DNA of 54,195 bases from positions 8,681 to 62,875 of the forward strand of contig CAZCXK010000017.1 of the NCBI GenBank assembly GCA_964502605.1, given 5' to 3'. The stretch is from an uncultured bacterium (GTDB lineage: Bacteria; Cyanobacteriota; Cyanobacteriia; CAZCXK01). Under the pieces are notes generated by a model. It had not been told where the DNA came from. It worked only from the letters and a program-made list of their open reading frames with translations, and did no database searches. Positions 19,164 to 30,179 of this stretch are shown here, one piece after another. The translations under genes were made by a program, and so were the position numbers. The stretch's first letter is position 1; each line of letters starts with the position of its first letter.

Positions 19164-20492
19164 ATGGCTAGCGAATTATTGCGACATGTCAGAGTTATTG
19201 ACCCACTCAGAGAAAGCGATCACACTGCTGATGTTCTGATTGTTGACGGTCGGCTGGAGGCGATCGCCCCTTACCTTGACTCTAGTCCGGATGATGCCAG
19301 GGTCTACGATCGAGCAGGGCTGGTGTTGGGGCCGGGACTGGTCGATCTCTATAGTCATTCTGGCGAACCCGGATTTGAGCAGCGAGAAACCCTAGCCTCA
19401 TTAACTCAGGCGGCGATCGCGGGCGGCTTCACCCGGTTGACGCTGCTGCCTGATACGCAGCCCCCGATTGACACCCCAGCCAGCGTCGAATGGTTCCAGG
19501 CCCAACTCGCTCAAATGCAGCAGTTGCCGGTGCGGGTTTCCTGTTGGGGGTCGCTAACTCAGGGCGGAACGGGGCAGCAGATGGCCGCAGTTGCTGATCT
19601 AGCCGCCGCTGGCGTGATTGGCTTTGCCGACGCTGACGCCATTCAAAATCGCGGGCTTCTGCGTCGCCTGCTGGAATATTTACAGCCGCTGGGCAAACCC
19701 ATTGCCCTTTGGAGTTGCGATCGCGCCCTCGTCGGGGATGGGGTTATGCGTGAAGGAGTAGCATCTGTGCAATTGGGCTTACCTGGTAATCCAGCGATTT
19801 CAGAAACAGCGGCGATCGCAGCCCTAATCGAATGTGTAGAGTCGATTGGCACTCCCGTGCATCTCATGCGGATTTCGACGGCTCGCAGCGTTGAGCTGAT
19901 TCGAGCGGCAAAGGCACGAGGGGTGCCCATTACGGCCAGCATATCCTGGATGCACCTGCTGCGTACCAACCATGACGTCAAATCGTATAATCCCAATTTG
20001 CGCCTCGACCCACCCTTGGGTAACCCCACGGATCAGGAGGCACTGCTGCAAGGGCTGTTGGATGGCACTCTGGATGCGATCGCCATCGATCACGCGCCTT
20101 ACACCTACGAAGAAAAAATGGTAGCCTTCACCGAAACCCCACCCGGAGCCATTGGTCTAGAACTTGCACTGCCCTTACTCTGGGACACATTGGTGACATC
20201 TGGCCAGTGGTCACCATTATCGCTCTGGAGCTGTCTGAGCACTCGACCTGCCCAATGTTTGGGGCAGTCACCACCATCCATCAGCATTGGGACGCAGCCT
20301 ATCGAGTTGACTTTGTTTGATCCCCATCAGTCATGGACGGTCACGGCTCAATCTCTTTGTTCTCGTTCGACGAATACTCCATGGCTGGGCCAGCAGATTC
20401 AGGGACGGGTGGTCAAAACATGGGGAGGATCAACCGCGCTACCCGTTGCACACAACCGTAGTGATGCTGAACGCCGTGCAGGTGAACGTTAG
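19164..20492 (+). CDS. pyrC: Dihydroorotase-like protein (PyrC', probably non-catalytic)
   Basis: PGLVDLYSH.GEPG, AAIAGGFT, PPLG, AIDHAP, SRSTNTPW; first metal-binding His replaced by Tyr. Confidence 0.85.
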   Translation: MASELLRHVRVIDPLRESDHTADVLIVDGRLEAIAPYLDSSPDDARVYDRAGLVLGPGLVDLYSHSGEPGFEQRETLASLTQAAIAGGFTRLTLLPDTQPPIDTPASVEWFQAQLAQMQQLPVRVSCWGSLTQGGTGQQMAAVADLAAAGVIGFADADAIQNRGLLRRLLEYLQPLGKPIALWSCDRALVGDGVMREGVASVQLGLPGNPAISETAAIAALIECVESIGTPVHLMRISTARSVELIRAAKARGVPITASISWMHLLRTNHDVKSYNPNLRLDPPLGNPTDQEALLQGLLDGTLDAIAIDHAPYTYEEKMVAFTETPPGAIGLELALPLLWDTLVTSGQWSPLSLWSCLSTRPAQCLGQSPPSISIGTQPIELTLFDPHQSWTVTAQSLCSRSTNTPWLGQQIQGRVVKTWGGSTALPVAHNRSDAERRAGER

Positions 20493-20560
20493 TATGATAG
20501 TTGGCAGACTCCCGGCGGCTCAATCGAGTTGCCCGAATAACCCGCATCGTCATATGTGCC

Positions 20561-21112
20561 ATGCCATCTGAAGTCATCGAAATTCTCTCATCGGAAGAAC
20601 TCCGCCGCACGGTCACTCGCCTCGCTTCTGAGGTGATTGAGCAGGCCGGTGATTTATCAAAACTGGTGCTATTGGGAATCTATACACGGGGGGTGCCTTT
20701 GGCCGAAATGCTAGCGCGACAAATCGAGATGCTGGAATCGGTACAGGTCTACGTCGGAGCCCTTGACATCACTTTCTACCGCGATGATCTTGATCAGGTG
20801 CGACTCCGGACGCCTGCCAAGACAAAGATCCCCTTTGATTTAACTGAAAAAACAGTGGTATTGGTAGACGATGTCATCTTTAAGGGGCGCACGATTCGGG
20901 CAGCTCTAAATGCCGTTAACGACTATGGCCGCCCTGAGGTGATTCGCTTGGCAGTGTTAGTTGATCGTGGACATCGAGATGTGCCGATTCATCCTGATTT
21001 TGTCGGGAAACAATTGCCTACAGCCAAAGAAGAACAGATCAAAGTCTATTTGCAAGATGTCGATGGCCGGGACGGCGTCGAACTAGTGACTCGTCCACGA
21101 ACCACTGACTGA
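20561..21112 (+). CDS. pyrR: Bifunctional pyr regulator / uracil phosphoribosyltransferase
   Basis: [48 protein letters not shown]. Confidence 0.95.
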   Translation: MPSEVIEILSSEELRRTVTRLASEVIEQAGDLSKLVLLGIYTRGVPLAEMLARQIEMLESVQVYVGALDITFYRDDLDQVRLRTPAKTKIPFDLTEKTVVLVDDVIFKGRTIRAALNAVNDYGRPEVIRLAVLVDRGHRDVPIHPDFVGKQLPTAKEEQIKVYLQDVDGRDGVELVTRPRTTD

Positions 21113-21279
21113 CGAGCCACTGACTGAATGATCAAGCCCCTCTGCCCCTGAGCACTGCTACAAGCCACGAGATCGCAGTAGATAATCCTGCTGCTCTAGG
21201 GTATTCCCTGTCATAAACTATGAAGCGGCGATCGCGCCTCGCCCCCTGCTCTCAACTTAGCAAGCTACAAAACCCTGTT

Positions 21280-22356
21280 ATGACTCTCATTCACAACAAC
21301 ACCACGCCAGAACCCATTACGCCACAAGAGGAATCAGTAACCCAAACTCGCAAAGCCGACCATTTACGAATTTGTCTGGACGAAGATGTGCAGTTTCATC
21401 AGACCACAAGCGGTCTAGAGCGCTATCGGTTTACCCACTGTTGTCTGCCAGAGCTAGACTATACCGATGTTAATCTCGCGACAACCATTCTTGGCAAGAC
21501 CCTGAATGCCCCCATTCTAATTTCGTCCATGACGGGCGGCACTGAGCAAGCCAAACGAATCAATTTTCGACTGGCAGAAGTAGCCCAGCACTATCGCATT
21601 GCCATGGGCATTGGCTCCCAGCGAGTAGCAGTTGAAAAACCGGAGGTGATGTCTACCTTTTCGGTGCGATCGCAGGCTCCTGATATTCTCCTATTTGCGA
21701 ATCTAGGGGCCGTGCAGTTGAACTATGGCTACGGCATCGATGAATGCCTCCGCGTGATTGACTGGCTCGAAGCCGATGCCCTTGTTTTACATCTCAATCC
21801 GCTGCAAGAAGCGGTACAAACGCGAGGCGATACCAACTTTCGCGGGCTATTGACCAAAATCGAAACCCTCTGCGATCGCCTGCCGGTGCCCGTGATTGCC
21901 AAAGAAGTTGGCAACGGTATTTCAGCGGCCATGGCGCAGCGTCTGATTGACATCGGCATCGGAGCCATCGATGTAGCGGGCGCTGGTGGCACCTCATGGG
22001 CCAGAGTCGAAAGTGAACGGGCTGGCGATCGCCACCAGCAGCGCTTAGGAGCCACATTTGCCAACTGGGGCATCCCCACTGCAGACTGCATTCGGTCGAT
22101 TCGCGCTCTTTCTCAGTCGATGCCCCTGATCGCCTCAGGCGGCCTACGAGACGGGCTAGACTTGGCGAAGGCGATCGCTTTAGGAGCCGATCTGGCCGGG
22201 ATGGCGCTACCCTTTTTGCAGGCCGCATCTGAGTCTGAGGCTGCGCTATATGAGCTGGTCGAGGTGCTGATTGCCGAATTAACCACGGTCTTTTTTTGCA
22301 CCGGCAGCGCTACAGTGGCAGAGTTGCGGCAGCCAGGCGTGTTACAGGCATGTTGA
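21280..22356 (+). CDS. fni: Type 2 isopentenyl-diphosphate delta-isomerase
   Basis: [43 protein letters not shown]. Confidence 0.95.
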   Translation: MTLIHNNTTPEPITPQEESVTQTRKADHLRICLDEDVQFHQTTSGLERYRFTHCCLPELDYTDVNLATTILGKTLNAPILISSMTGGTEQAKRINFRLAEVAQHYRIAMGIGSQRVAVEKPEVMSTFSVRSQAPDILLFANLGAVQLNYGYGIDECLRVIDWLEADALVLHLNPLQEAVQTRGDTNFRGLLTKIETLCDRLPVPVIAKEVGNGISAAMAQRLIDIGIGAIDVAGAGGTSWARVESERAGDRHQQRLGATFANWGIPTADCIRSIRALSQSMPLIASGGLRDGLDLAKAIALGADLAGMALPFLQAASESEAALYELVEVLIAELTTVFFCTGSATVAELRQPGVLQAC

Positions 22357-22408
22357 GGGGTGCGAGGTTGGGTGCATAGAGGGTCGTTGCATGGAGGGCG
22401 ATCGCCTC

Positions 22409-23719
22409 CTACCCTCGCCCAATGGTAGACAATCCTTCTACAATCACCGATGGCGTATAGCACGACCCATTCCATGCGGCATCTGAGCCAATTTCAACCA
22501 AGCGCTTGAGTGCCGTGTAGACATTGCCAGCCAGCATCGTATCTTTGATCCGGCCTACCACTTCGCCGTTTTGCACTCGATAGCCGAGCTCGACATTCAC
22601 TGAAAACTCGCCAGAAATGCCAGATCCGCCGCCTAGCATCTGATCGACAATGATGCCCCGATCGAGCGACTGAATCAGCTGCGGCAGCGATCGCTGCCCT
22701 GGCTCAATCAAGATATTAAACAAACCTGGTGTGGGATAGCTGCCCAAGCTTGGACGGAACCCGTTGCCCGTCGTACCGCTGCTCAGAAGTTTGCCAATCG
22801 TGCGATCGGTATAAAACAGCTGCAGCATCCCATCTTTGATGAATGTAATTGATTTGGTTGGGGTGCCTTCATCATCAAACGGGCAGCTATAGGGGCCTTG
22901 ATCAGGCTGCTGCGACAGGGTCAGGTCGATAGAGGTAACTACTTCACCCAAGCGATCGCTCCATGGAGAGGCTCGCTCCACGACTCGTTTGCCATTGAGT
23001 GCGGCTTGCACCGTCCCCCAGAGCATATCAGCCGCTTTTGATGTAAATAAAATAGGCACATGGCCACTGCTAGCTATCGTGTTTTTATCGGCCCACTGCA
23101 AGCGTTGCAGAATCTGCTCAGCCAACCCAGCCGGGTCAAGATGCCCTCGCTGCGTTTGCCCATCTGACACGCTCAAAAAATCATCGCCACGCACCCATTC
23201 AGCCGACATATAGCAGCTCAGAGTGGTGTCAGTATAGCTAAAATCCAGCCCTTCGGAATTCAGCAGTCGGGTCAGTTCGGCTTCGCATTCCCACTCAGCC
23301 ATACACAAAATTTCAGGATAGGCCTGTCGCACTAGGGCGATCGCTTCTCGGCCCCATTCCACTAATGTTTCGACCTCAACCGCCTTCCCCACATCGGGAT
23401 AGGTCGCCTTTGATGCCGGAGACAGCTCAATGGCTTCGGATTCGCTGAGATGACTAAGGGCGATCGCCCGTTCAACTAAGGCATGGGGGTCAACGGGCCC
23501 ATAGGCAACCGAGAGCCCCGGACTGCCATTTTGCCAAAGTCGGAGGGCAATGCCTTCAGATTGAGAACTTTCAAGCTGCTTAAGCCGATTAGCCTCAAAA
23601 AAAACCGGGCGGGATAAAGACTGTGATTGAAACACCTCTGCGGCATCGGCACCTGAACGAAGCGCCAGCTCAATGAGACGTTCTGGGAGCGTATTTTTAG
23701 AGAAATCGCCAGAATCCAT
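22409..23719 (-). CDS. TldD/PmbA family protein (PmbA/TldE-like)
   Basis: PFDDEG, TTGNG, SGEFS and IKDTMLAGN motifs; no HExxxH seen. Confidence 0.88.
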   Translation of the reverse strand: MDSGDFSKNTLPERLIELALRSGADAAEVFQSQSLSRPVFFEANRLKQLESSQSEGIALRLWQNGSPGLSVAYGPVDPHALVERAIALSHLSESEAIELSPASKATYPDVGKAVEVETLVEWGREAIALVRQAYPEILCMAEWECEAELTRLLNSEGLDFSYTDTTLSCYMSAEWVRGDDFLSVSDGQTQRGHLDPAGLAEQILQRLQWADKNTIASSGHVPILFTSKAADMLWGTVQAALNGKRVVERASPWSDRLGEVVTSIDLTLSQQPDQGPYSCPFDDEGTPTKSITFIKDGMLQLFYTDRTIGKLLSSGTTGNGFRPSLGSYPTPGLFNILIEPGQRSLPQLIQSLDRGIIVDQMLGGGSGISGEFSVNVELGYRVQNGEVVGRIKDTMLAGNVYTALKRLVEIGSDAAWNGSCYTPSVIVEGLSTIGRG

Positions 23720-23798
23720 GAACCGTTGAACGTTAGAGAGCGATAGGTATGCGTTGCTTTACTCTACTATCTTTTGGTTCCTCATTATTTTCTTTGGT

Positions 23799-24671
23799 TC
23801 ACGCCAAATTCAACTCTTTTAGCAGCCAAAACCCTGCAAATGACTCCGACTGAGGAGTTGCCTGAACCGCAACGAAATGAACCTCTTCAGCCGCTTGTTT
23901 TGCGGCTGCAAAGCGGTGGCCTTCTGCCTGCAAGGCGGCTGTCGGTAAATTAGCCAAGACCCAGGCGTCGCTGGCTCCAGTCTCCAAAATGAGGCGAGCC
24001 GGAGTGCTGTCATCAGCGTGCTCAACGCGCAAAAATGCCAGCTCTAGCCCCGACATCCAAGCGGCGATCGCATTTGAGCGCGACGAAAAAATAATCACAC
24101 CGGGCACTCGCACGTCAGGTGACAGCCCCATCATCTCTAGCGAAAACGCCTCGCCAAATCCAATCTCCCACTCTGGCATATCAGCAAATGCTGCGGCATC
24201 CAGGGTGACAAACATCCACTGGTCGCCGACAAGCGCATCGGGTAGCGCCTGCGGCGGATTAGACAGCATCGCTACAGAGGGGTTGCTGCTGGGCTTGTAG
24301 TTGGGCAACGCCGGATAGACCTCATCCATCCGCTGCCGAATCCACTGATCCATCGCGAGGGTGCGACGGCTAGCATAGGCCGAAATCCCGATGTCTTCGC
24401 ATGCCTTGGTGATCATGTTGGCCATCTGGCGGCGAAAAAACCGAATCCGATCGGGCGGTTGAGCCCCTCGGGCGATCGCCTCTGCAATCGCATTTCGCAA
24501 CCGCACAGAATTAACCTCAGTGTTTGAGCAAAATTGCGAATAGCGAAACAGCGTTTCTGGACGAGCTTGAATATCAGTTGCACTCTCGCAAATCAAGATT
24601 TCCCACAGCTTCTTATCTCGTTCATCAAACACCGGGCGCGAATAAAAATCTAATTCCCAAGTAACAGCCAT
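23799..24671 (-). CDS. Tab2/Atab2 family RNA-binding protein
   Basis: WELDFYSRP...KKLWE, IRFFRRQM, AAWMSGLE and FAGFWLL; start ATG 24671. Confidence 0.92.
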   Translation of the reverse strand: MAVTWELDFYSRPVFDERDKKLWEILICESATDIQARPETLFRYSQFCSNTEVNSVRLRNAIAEAIARGAQPPDRIRFFRRQMANMITKACEDIGISAYASRRTLAMDQWIRQRMDEVYPALPNYKPSSNPSVAMLSNPPQALPDALVGDQWMFVTLDAAAFADMPEWEIGFGEAFSLEMMGLSPDVRVPGVIIFSSRSNAIAAWMSGLELAFLRVEHADDSTPARLILETGASDAWVLANLPTAALQAEGHRFAAAKQAAEEVHFVAVQATPQSESFAGFWLLKELNLA

Positions 24672-24825
24672 GACAAACAATTGCGAGAACTGCTTTAGAA
24701 CCTCTATCATACGGCATTCCCGCAACGGGACTCCCTAGAATACAGCGATGTTCGCCTCCAAGCTCGCAACACAGGTCAAGAGTTTTCCTTAAAGATTAAT
24801 TTATAGATTTATACCTGATGCATAC

Positions 24826-24956
24826 CTGATTGACGGACAAAACTATTTACAACCCGTATCCTGCATTGGGTCAGGAGACCTGCCCCCTACATCAGGCAAA
24901 CCACCGTAGGGGCGAAGTCTCCTCGCCCCATGCAGATTTTTTTGTCAGTCAACCAG
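24826..24956. mobile_element. MITE family B, complete copy (131 bp)
   Basis: TIRs CTGATTGACGGACAAAA / TTTTGTCAGTCAACCAG; 9-bp flanks GATGCATAC / GACGCATAC; internal CCCCTAC/GTAGGGG hairpin. Confidence 0.85.
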
Positions 24957-25805
24957 GACGCATACACCGCCGCTCCCTTGAGAAAACCTATCCCAATATC
25001 CGATGTCCCAGAAATCGGTAAATCCCGTAATCTCAGTAGACACAGTTGAAATTTTGATAAAGTCAGCCCAAAAGAGTGGAAATTTACCAAGGGAAAATGC
25101 CACATTTTGACTCATGCATCAGTCAGATTACTAGTGTGGCAGGGTAAAACTCTAACGTAGTCTTGCGTGAGAGTAAGCATCGAAGTGGCTATCAGGGCCG
25201 AGCATATCAGTTCTGAATTTTTAGGGCTTGCTAAAGTTTCAGACTTGATCACAAGACATTTATGACGTGAAGTACTAGCTGTGCCATCCTTTTGAGTTAA
25301 GCAAAATGCTCAACTCAAAGGTTTCTTGGTTTTCAGGCAGACTTATTTTCATCTCTTTACTTTTTCAAACTAAACAAATTGCTGACTGTTAATAGCCATT
25401 GGTTAATAGCCATTGGTTGGTTCAGAGCGACTAATAGCCCGAACTGCGACGCTAAACTGGCATGCTGGTTCAGCGCTGACCCTCAGGCGATCGCCCTCTA
25501 AAAACTTGGCTCGTTTTCAAGTTCAGACGAACGGGTCACTTTTTTGTCGCCTTTAAGGCACAGTTTGCAGCCTTGAGCGTCAGTGTAGGTCATCCAGTTT
25601 TGCACTCGTGATGGCCCAAGTTGACCGATCACGCGGCCCTGACCTATGCAAGGGCGATCGCAATGCACTAAACGTGCGACCACAGTGCATTAACAGTTCA
25701 TTTAACAGCTCAGAATTAGAGAGCATGCAGTGCCAACGTTTCTCTCTAATCACCATTTCTTTGACAGATCAACCTCACACCAAAGACTCACAACGCGGAA
25801 GGAAC

Positions 25806-27212
25806 ATGACTGCAACAATGGGCGCAAATGTGGAATTTATTGAAGAAGCACAACGGCTCTTACGAGAGGCGCTGGTTTACTATCGGGGAAAGCCTGTTGG
25901 CACAGTGGGTGCCCGCGATTTAGAGGTCGAAGCACTAAATTATGATCAGTGTTTTGTACGAGATTTTATCTCATCGGCTCTCGTTTTTTTGGTCAACGGT
26001 GAAACTGAAATTGTCAAAGAATTTCTGATCGAGACTCTGGCCTTACAAAGCAGTGATAAACAAATGGATTCGTTTAATGCTGGACAAGGGCTGATGCCAG
26101 CCAGCTTCAAAGTCGAATCATGGGATGACTATCAATATCTCACCGCAGACTTTGGTGAACATGCGATTGGTCGTGTCACACCTGTTGACTCATGCTTGTG
26201 GTGGCTGATTTTGCTGCGAGCCTATGTCAAAGCAACAGGCGATATCGATCTGGCCCACCGTCCAGAATTCCAACATGGCATTTTGTTGATTCTCAAGCTC
26301 TGTCTGGCCGATCGGTTTGACATGTATCCGACGCTGCTCGTGCCCGATGGAGCCTTCATGATTGACCGCCGCATGGGAGTAGCAGGCCATCCGCTTGAGA
26401 TTCAGGCGCTGTTTTATGGTGGCTTACGTGCGGCGCGTGAACTGCTGCTGCCAGAATGCAAAAAACAGGCCGTTTACCTCCAAATGGTTCACCATCGGTT
26501 GAGCATGCTGAACTTTCACATTCGAGAATATTATTGGCTCGATCTTAAACGGCTTAATAGTATCTATCGCTATAAAGGTGAAGAATTCGGCATTCAAGCC
26601 ACGAATAAATTCAACATTTATCCCGACTCAATCCCGTTTTGGCTGACCGAATGGATGCCCGAACACGGCGGCTATTTGGCAGGCAATTTAGGCCCAGCTC
26701 AAATTGATTTTCGATTCTATACACTTGGTAATCTGATGGCCATTATTTGTTCGCTGGCGAGTGAGCAAGAGTCGCAGTCAATCATGGATCTAATTGAGCA
26801 GCGCTGGCAAGATTTAGTTGGTTATATGCCTATGAAGATCTTGTTTCCTGCCATCGAAGGAGAAGAATGGCGAATCCTCACGGGCTGCGATCCCAAAAAT
26901 GTGCCATGGTCGTATCACAACGCAGGTAATTGGCCTGTCTTACTCTGGCCTCTGGTCGCTGTCGCGCTCAAAACTGGACGACGCGAGGTTGCCGAACGGG
27001 CGATCGCCATTGCCGAAAGCCGCTTGAGTGAAGACGAATGGCCTGAATACTATGATGGTCGCAACGGGCGGCTAGTCGGCAAAGCGTCTCGCAAATATCA
27101 AACCTGGACAATCGCCGGACTGTTGCTAGCCAAAGCTTTGATGAATAACCCTGAGCAGTTAAAAATCTTTAGCTTTGAGGAAGATCATGAGATGCTCGCA
27201 TGGTATCTCTAA
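25806..27212 (+). CDS. Alkaline/neutral invertase (GH100)
   Basis: [63 protein letters not shown]; start ATG 25806. Confidence 0.95.
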   Translation: MTATMGANVEFIEEAQRLLREALVYYRGKPVGTVGARDLEVEALNYDQCFVRDFISSALVFLVNGETEIVKEFLIETLALQSSDKQMDSFNAGQGLMPASFKVESWDDYQYLTADFGEHAIGRVTPVDSCLWWLILLRAYVKATGDIDLAHRPEFQHGILLILKLCLADRFDMYPTLLVPDGAFMIDRRMGVAGHPLEIQALFYGGLRAARELLLPECKKQAVYLQMVHHRLSMLNFHIREYYWLDLKRLNSIYRYKGEEFGIQATNKFNIYPDSIPFWLTEWMPEHGGYLAGNLGPAQIDFRFYTLGNLMAIICSLASEQESQSIMDLIEQRWQDLVGYMPMKILFPAIEGEEWRILTGCDPKNVPWSYHNAGNWPVLLWPLVAVALKTGRREVAERAIAIAESRLSEDEWPEYYDGRNGRLVGKASRKYQTWTIAGLLLAKALMNNPEQLKIFSFEEDHEMLAWYL

Positions 27213-27225
27213 AATTTTACTGGAG

Positions 27226-27696
27226 CTACGATGGGATAGCTGACAACTGCTTTGTCATAAATGCGCTGTTTGGGTCGTCCTTATATGTAGAGAAAGGCAC
27301 ACAGTATTGAAAGCCAAACTTTTCGTATAGCGCGCGTGCTGGTTTAAAAAATGGCATCGAACCTGTCTCTAGACTTAAGCGCCGATACCCCCGCTGCGTT
27401 GACTCATTGAGCATATGCTGGAGCAGTATTGAGGCGACCCCTTTTCCTCTGTGTGATGCGGCAGTTCGCATCGATTTAATTTCAGCATGCTCCGCATCTA
27501 ATTCTTTTAATGCTCCACAACCTATCAAGGTTGATTCATCCCAAACTATCCAGAACGTAATTTCTGGTTTTTTCAATCCGTCTAGATCCAGGGCGTGCTT
27601 ACTTTCAGGTGGAGACACTGCCCTCATATCCTGAAGATGCTCGGCAAGGAATTCAGCGATCTCTGAGCCAGATAAATCATCAATCTTTATTTCCAT
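27226..27696 (-). CDS. GNAT acetyltransferase (YedL-like)
   Basis: SPPESKHALD, GCGALKEL, EIKSMRT, RGKGVA, LSLETGS, LYEKFGF. Confidence 0.92.
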   Translation of the reverse strand: MEIKIDDLSGSEIAEFLAEHLQDMRAVSPPESKHALDLDGLKKPEITFWIVWDESTLIGCGALKELDAEHAEIKSMRTAASHRGKGVASILLQHMLNESTQRGYRRLSLETGSMPFFKPARALYEKFGFQYCVPFSTYKDDPNSAFMTKQLSAIPS

Positions 27697-27954
27697 ATGA
27701 TCTCTACTTCATACTCTGACTGCATGGAGTATAGCAACTCAAACGGCTACAGCGTCTACATCACATCATGCAGATGTTTCAACAGGGATATGCTCGACCG
27801 ATAACTGGTCACAACCATTGCCGATGGCGAATTCCAATCAGGTGATGCGGATTTTGACCCAACGCATCTTGGAGAGGAGCCACTAATGAGAACTAGACTC
27901 TAGTTGCAAGTGAGGTAGCCACAGATGATGGGTTGTGACCATGGCTGCACTCGT

Positions 27955-28590
27955 TCACCCCAGAATCATGCCGCGAAATAAACCCACATAGATCCCCTGA
28001 ACATCAACACAAGATGCACTCAGCGTCGTTGCTGGATAGTTAGAGTTAGCAGGCTGCAGCGTAATTTGATCGTGATCTAAATAGAAATACTTCAGCGTAG
28101 TTTGACTCGCTACTCTCGCGGCAACAATGCTGCCATTTTTGATCTCGTTATGGCTAAGGGGCTGTTGCAGGATGACCAAGTCGCCATCATCAATGAGCGC
28201 ACCTTTCATACTGTCGCCAGAAACATGCAACGCAAACAGCCGAGATCGATCTTGACTGGCTCCACGGAATTGGAATGACGGAGCCATTTCTAGCCAATCG
28301 ACAGTAGGACCGTCGGTAAATGACTCTATCAAACTGTGTGCGGCAATGACACCTCGAATTGGAATGCGGAAACGGTTGGAACGAAGAATGCGGATAGAGC
28401 GTGATTTGCCCTCCAGCCAACTGATATCTCCACTGGCACGCAAATCGTAAAGCAGATTTTGGATGGACGATGTAGAGCTATATCCAAATGCGTCTGCCAG
28501 TTCTCTAACAGTGGGTGAGATGCCTTGCTGATCGATGACGTTCTCGATTTGGCCGAGAAGCTGTTGAGGGGTTGTACGGGGAAATCTCAT
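27955..28590 (-). CDS. lexA: LexA-family repressor (divergent, possibly a paralog)
   Basis: N-terminal wHTH (SPTVREL...SRSIRIL); S24 peptidase domain with VSGDSM and TTLK; cleavage loop reads IAAH rather than IAAG. Confidence 0.85.
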   Translation of the reverse strand: MRFPRTTPQQLLGQIENVIDQQGISPTVRELADAFGYSSTSSIQNLLYDLRASGDISWLEGKSRSIRILRSNRFRIPIRGVIAAHSLIESFTDGPTVDWLEMAPSFQFRGASQDRSRLFALHVSGDSMKGALIDDGDLVILQQPLSHNEIKNGSIVAARVASQTTLKYFYLDHDQITLQPANSNYPATTLSASCVDVQGIYVGLFRGMILG

Positions 28591-28607
28591 GGGTCAATGT
28601 CTTAATT

Positions 28608-28621
28608 AATACTATAGTACT
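28608..28621 (-). promoter_or_regulatory. Candidate cyanobacterial LexA box
   Basis: Minus strand AGTAC-TAT-AGTATT, one mismatch to RGTACNNNDGTWCB, 17 nt upstream of the lexA ATG. Confidence 0.5.
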
Positions 28622-28697
28622 ACATAGATTATTTTGATGACTATCCGTGATGTTGCGGAATTGCGTAAGATCATGCCAAAACTGTTCGTTAAAACCC

Positions 28698-29687
28698 ATG
28701 AATCGGAGTTATCCGCCAAAATCCTCGATTTCGTCTCAGAGATCATCGTTCTCGAAATGCCTCCAGCATCATGTTCCTTGGCTCTATGCCTTGTGGAAAT
28801 TTTCGCGCCCGCACACCATCATCGGCACTAGTCTCAGTGTCGTTGGGCTATGGGCGATCGCCCTGGCTCAGTCTTCTTCAGTCCCGTGGCTATCTGCGCT
28901 CACTGGCAACAGTTGGAGTCTGCTTGTGTGGGCATGGGTGGCCTGTTTGGGGGGCAATGTCTATATCGTGGGCTTAAATCAACTGCAAGACATCGAGATC
29001 GATCGGATCAATAAGCCTCATCTGCCACTGGCCTCGGGTGAGTTTTCGCGCCGAGAGGGGTGGGCGATCGCCGCCATCACTGGTAGCGTGGCGCTGCTGC
29101 TGCCTCTGACTCAAGGCTGGATCTTGGTGGCAACGGTGTGGTCTAGCCTGCTATTGGGGACGGCCTATTCGTTGCCACCTATTCGGCTAAAGCGATTTCC
29201 CGGTTGGGCCTCGTTTTGCATTTTTACGGTGCGCGGTGTAATCGTCAATTTGGGTTTGTTTCTGCACTTTTCGCAGCAAATGGAAAATGGGTTCCGCGTT
29301 CCATCTGCGGTGTGGGCGCTGACGCTCTTTATTTTGGGATTTACGTTTGCGATCGCCATTTTCAAAGATATTCCTGACTTGGAAGGCGATCGCCAATACA
29401 ACATCTCGACGCTGACAATCCGCTTGGGGCAGCGGGCAGTGTTTGATTTGGCTCGGTGGGTAATCACGCTGTGCTATGTCGGCATGGCGATCGCGGCAGC
29501 AGCATTACCGTCTGTGAATGCGCTTTTGCTTATGAGCAGTCATGGGGTGGCATTGGTGCTCCTGTGGATCTACAGCGTGCGCGTTGATCTAGGCCAGAAG
29601 TCGTCTATTGCCGGGTTCTATCAGTTCATTTGGAAACTGTTTTATCTGGAATATGTCATGTTTCCGGTGGCATGTTTACTGGGGTAG
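28698..29687 (+). CDS. hpt: Homogentisate phytyltransferase (tocopherol synthesis)
   Basis: WKFSRPHTIIGT, VGLNQL.DIEIDRINKPHLPLASG, AIFKDIPD.EGD, FYQFIWKLFY.EY; start ATG 28698. Confidence 0.93.
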   Translation: MNRSYPPKSSISSQRSSFSKCLQHHVPWLYALWKFSRPHTIIGTSLSVVGLWAIALAQSSSVPWLSALTGNSWSLLVWAWVACLGGNVYIVGLNQLQDIEIDRINKPHLPLASGEFSRREGWAIAAITGSVALLLPLTQGWILVATVWSSLLLGTAYSLPPIRLKRFPGWASFCIFTVRGVIVNLGLFLHFSQQMENGFRVPSAVWALTLFILGFTFAIAIFKDIPDLEGDRQYNISTLTIRLGQRAVFDLARWVITLCYVGMAIAAAALPSVNALLLMSSHGVALVLLWIYSVRVDLGQKSSIAGFYQFIWKLFYLEYVMFPVACLLG

Positions 29688-30179
29688 GGCAAAAAGTCTT
29701 CACCCTCAAGCGCAGGCGGCGTCTCAGGGGCTTGCCTCACCGGATTAGCCTGCTCAAAGGCATAGGCTAGACCAATCAGTTGGGGTTCGCGATATGCCTC
29801 TGCCATGAAGGATAGCCCGACAGGTAACCCATGAGTCGTGAAACCCATTGGCAGCGCGATATCTGGAAGTCCGGTGATATTAGCCAAATATCCTGCGCTG
29901 TCAGGATCGCCCACCTCACAGGTATAGGTATCATCTTCGATGTTAAATAGCGGACTGGCAGGGCAAGCCATTGTTGGATAGAGAATCGCGTCAATATCAG
30001 CTGATGCAGGCCTCGAATCGATCCGGCAGTATTGGCGGCGATCGGCGAAAGGTTTCAGCTAGTGCGACAGTTGGAAGAGTGAGAGTGACTAGAGCCGCCA
30101 ACGTTGGTGCTGCTACTGATGCGACCATGGGGGCGATCGCCCCTAGAAGTGCTCCGTTTAGGCGGCTTAAAGTAGTCAT
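29642..30179 (-). pseudogene. Amidase-signature family pseudogene with large internal deletion
   Basis: Signal-peptide-like N-terminus (...TVALAETF) joined out of frame to an amidase C-terminus (DIDAILYPT...ITGLPDIALPMGF...GLPVGLSF...AYREPQLIGLAYAFEQ); catalytic core absent. Confidence 0.8.
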
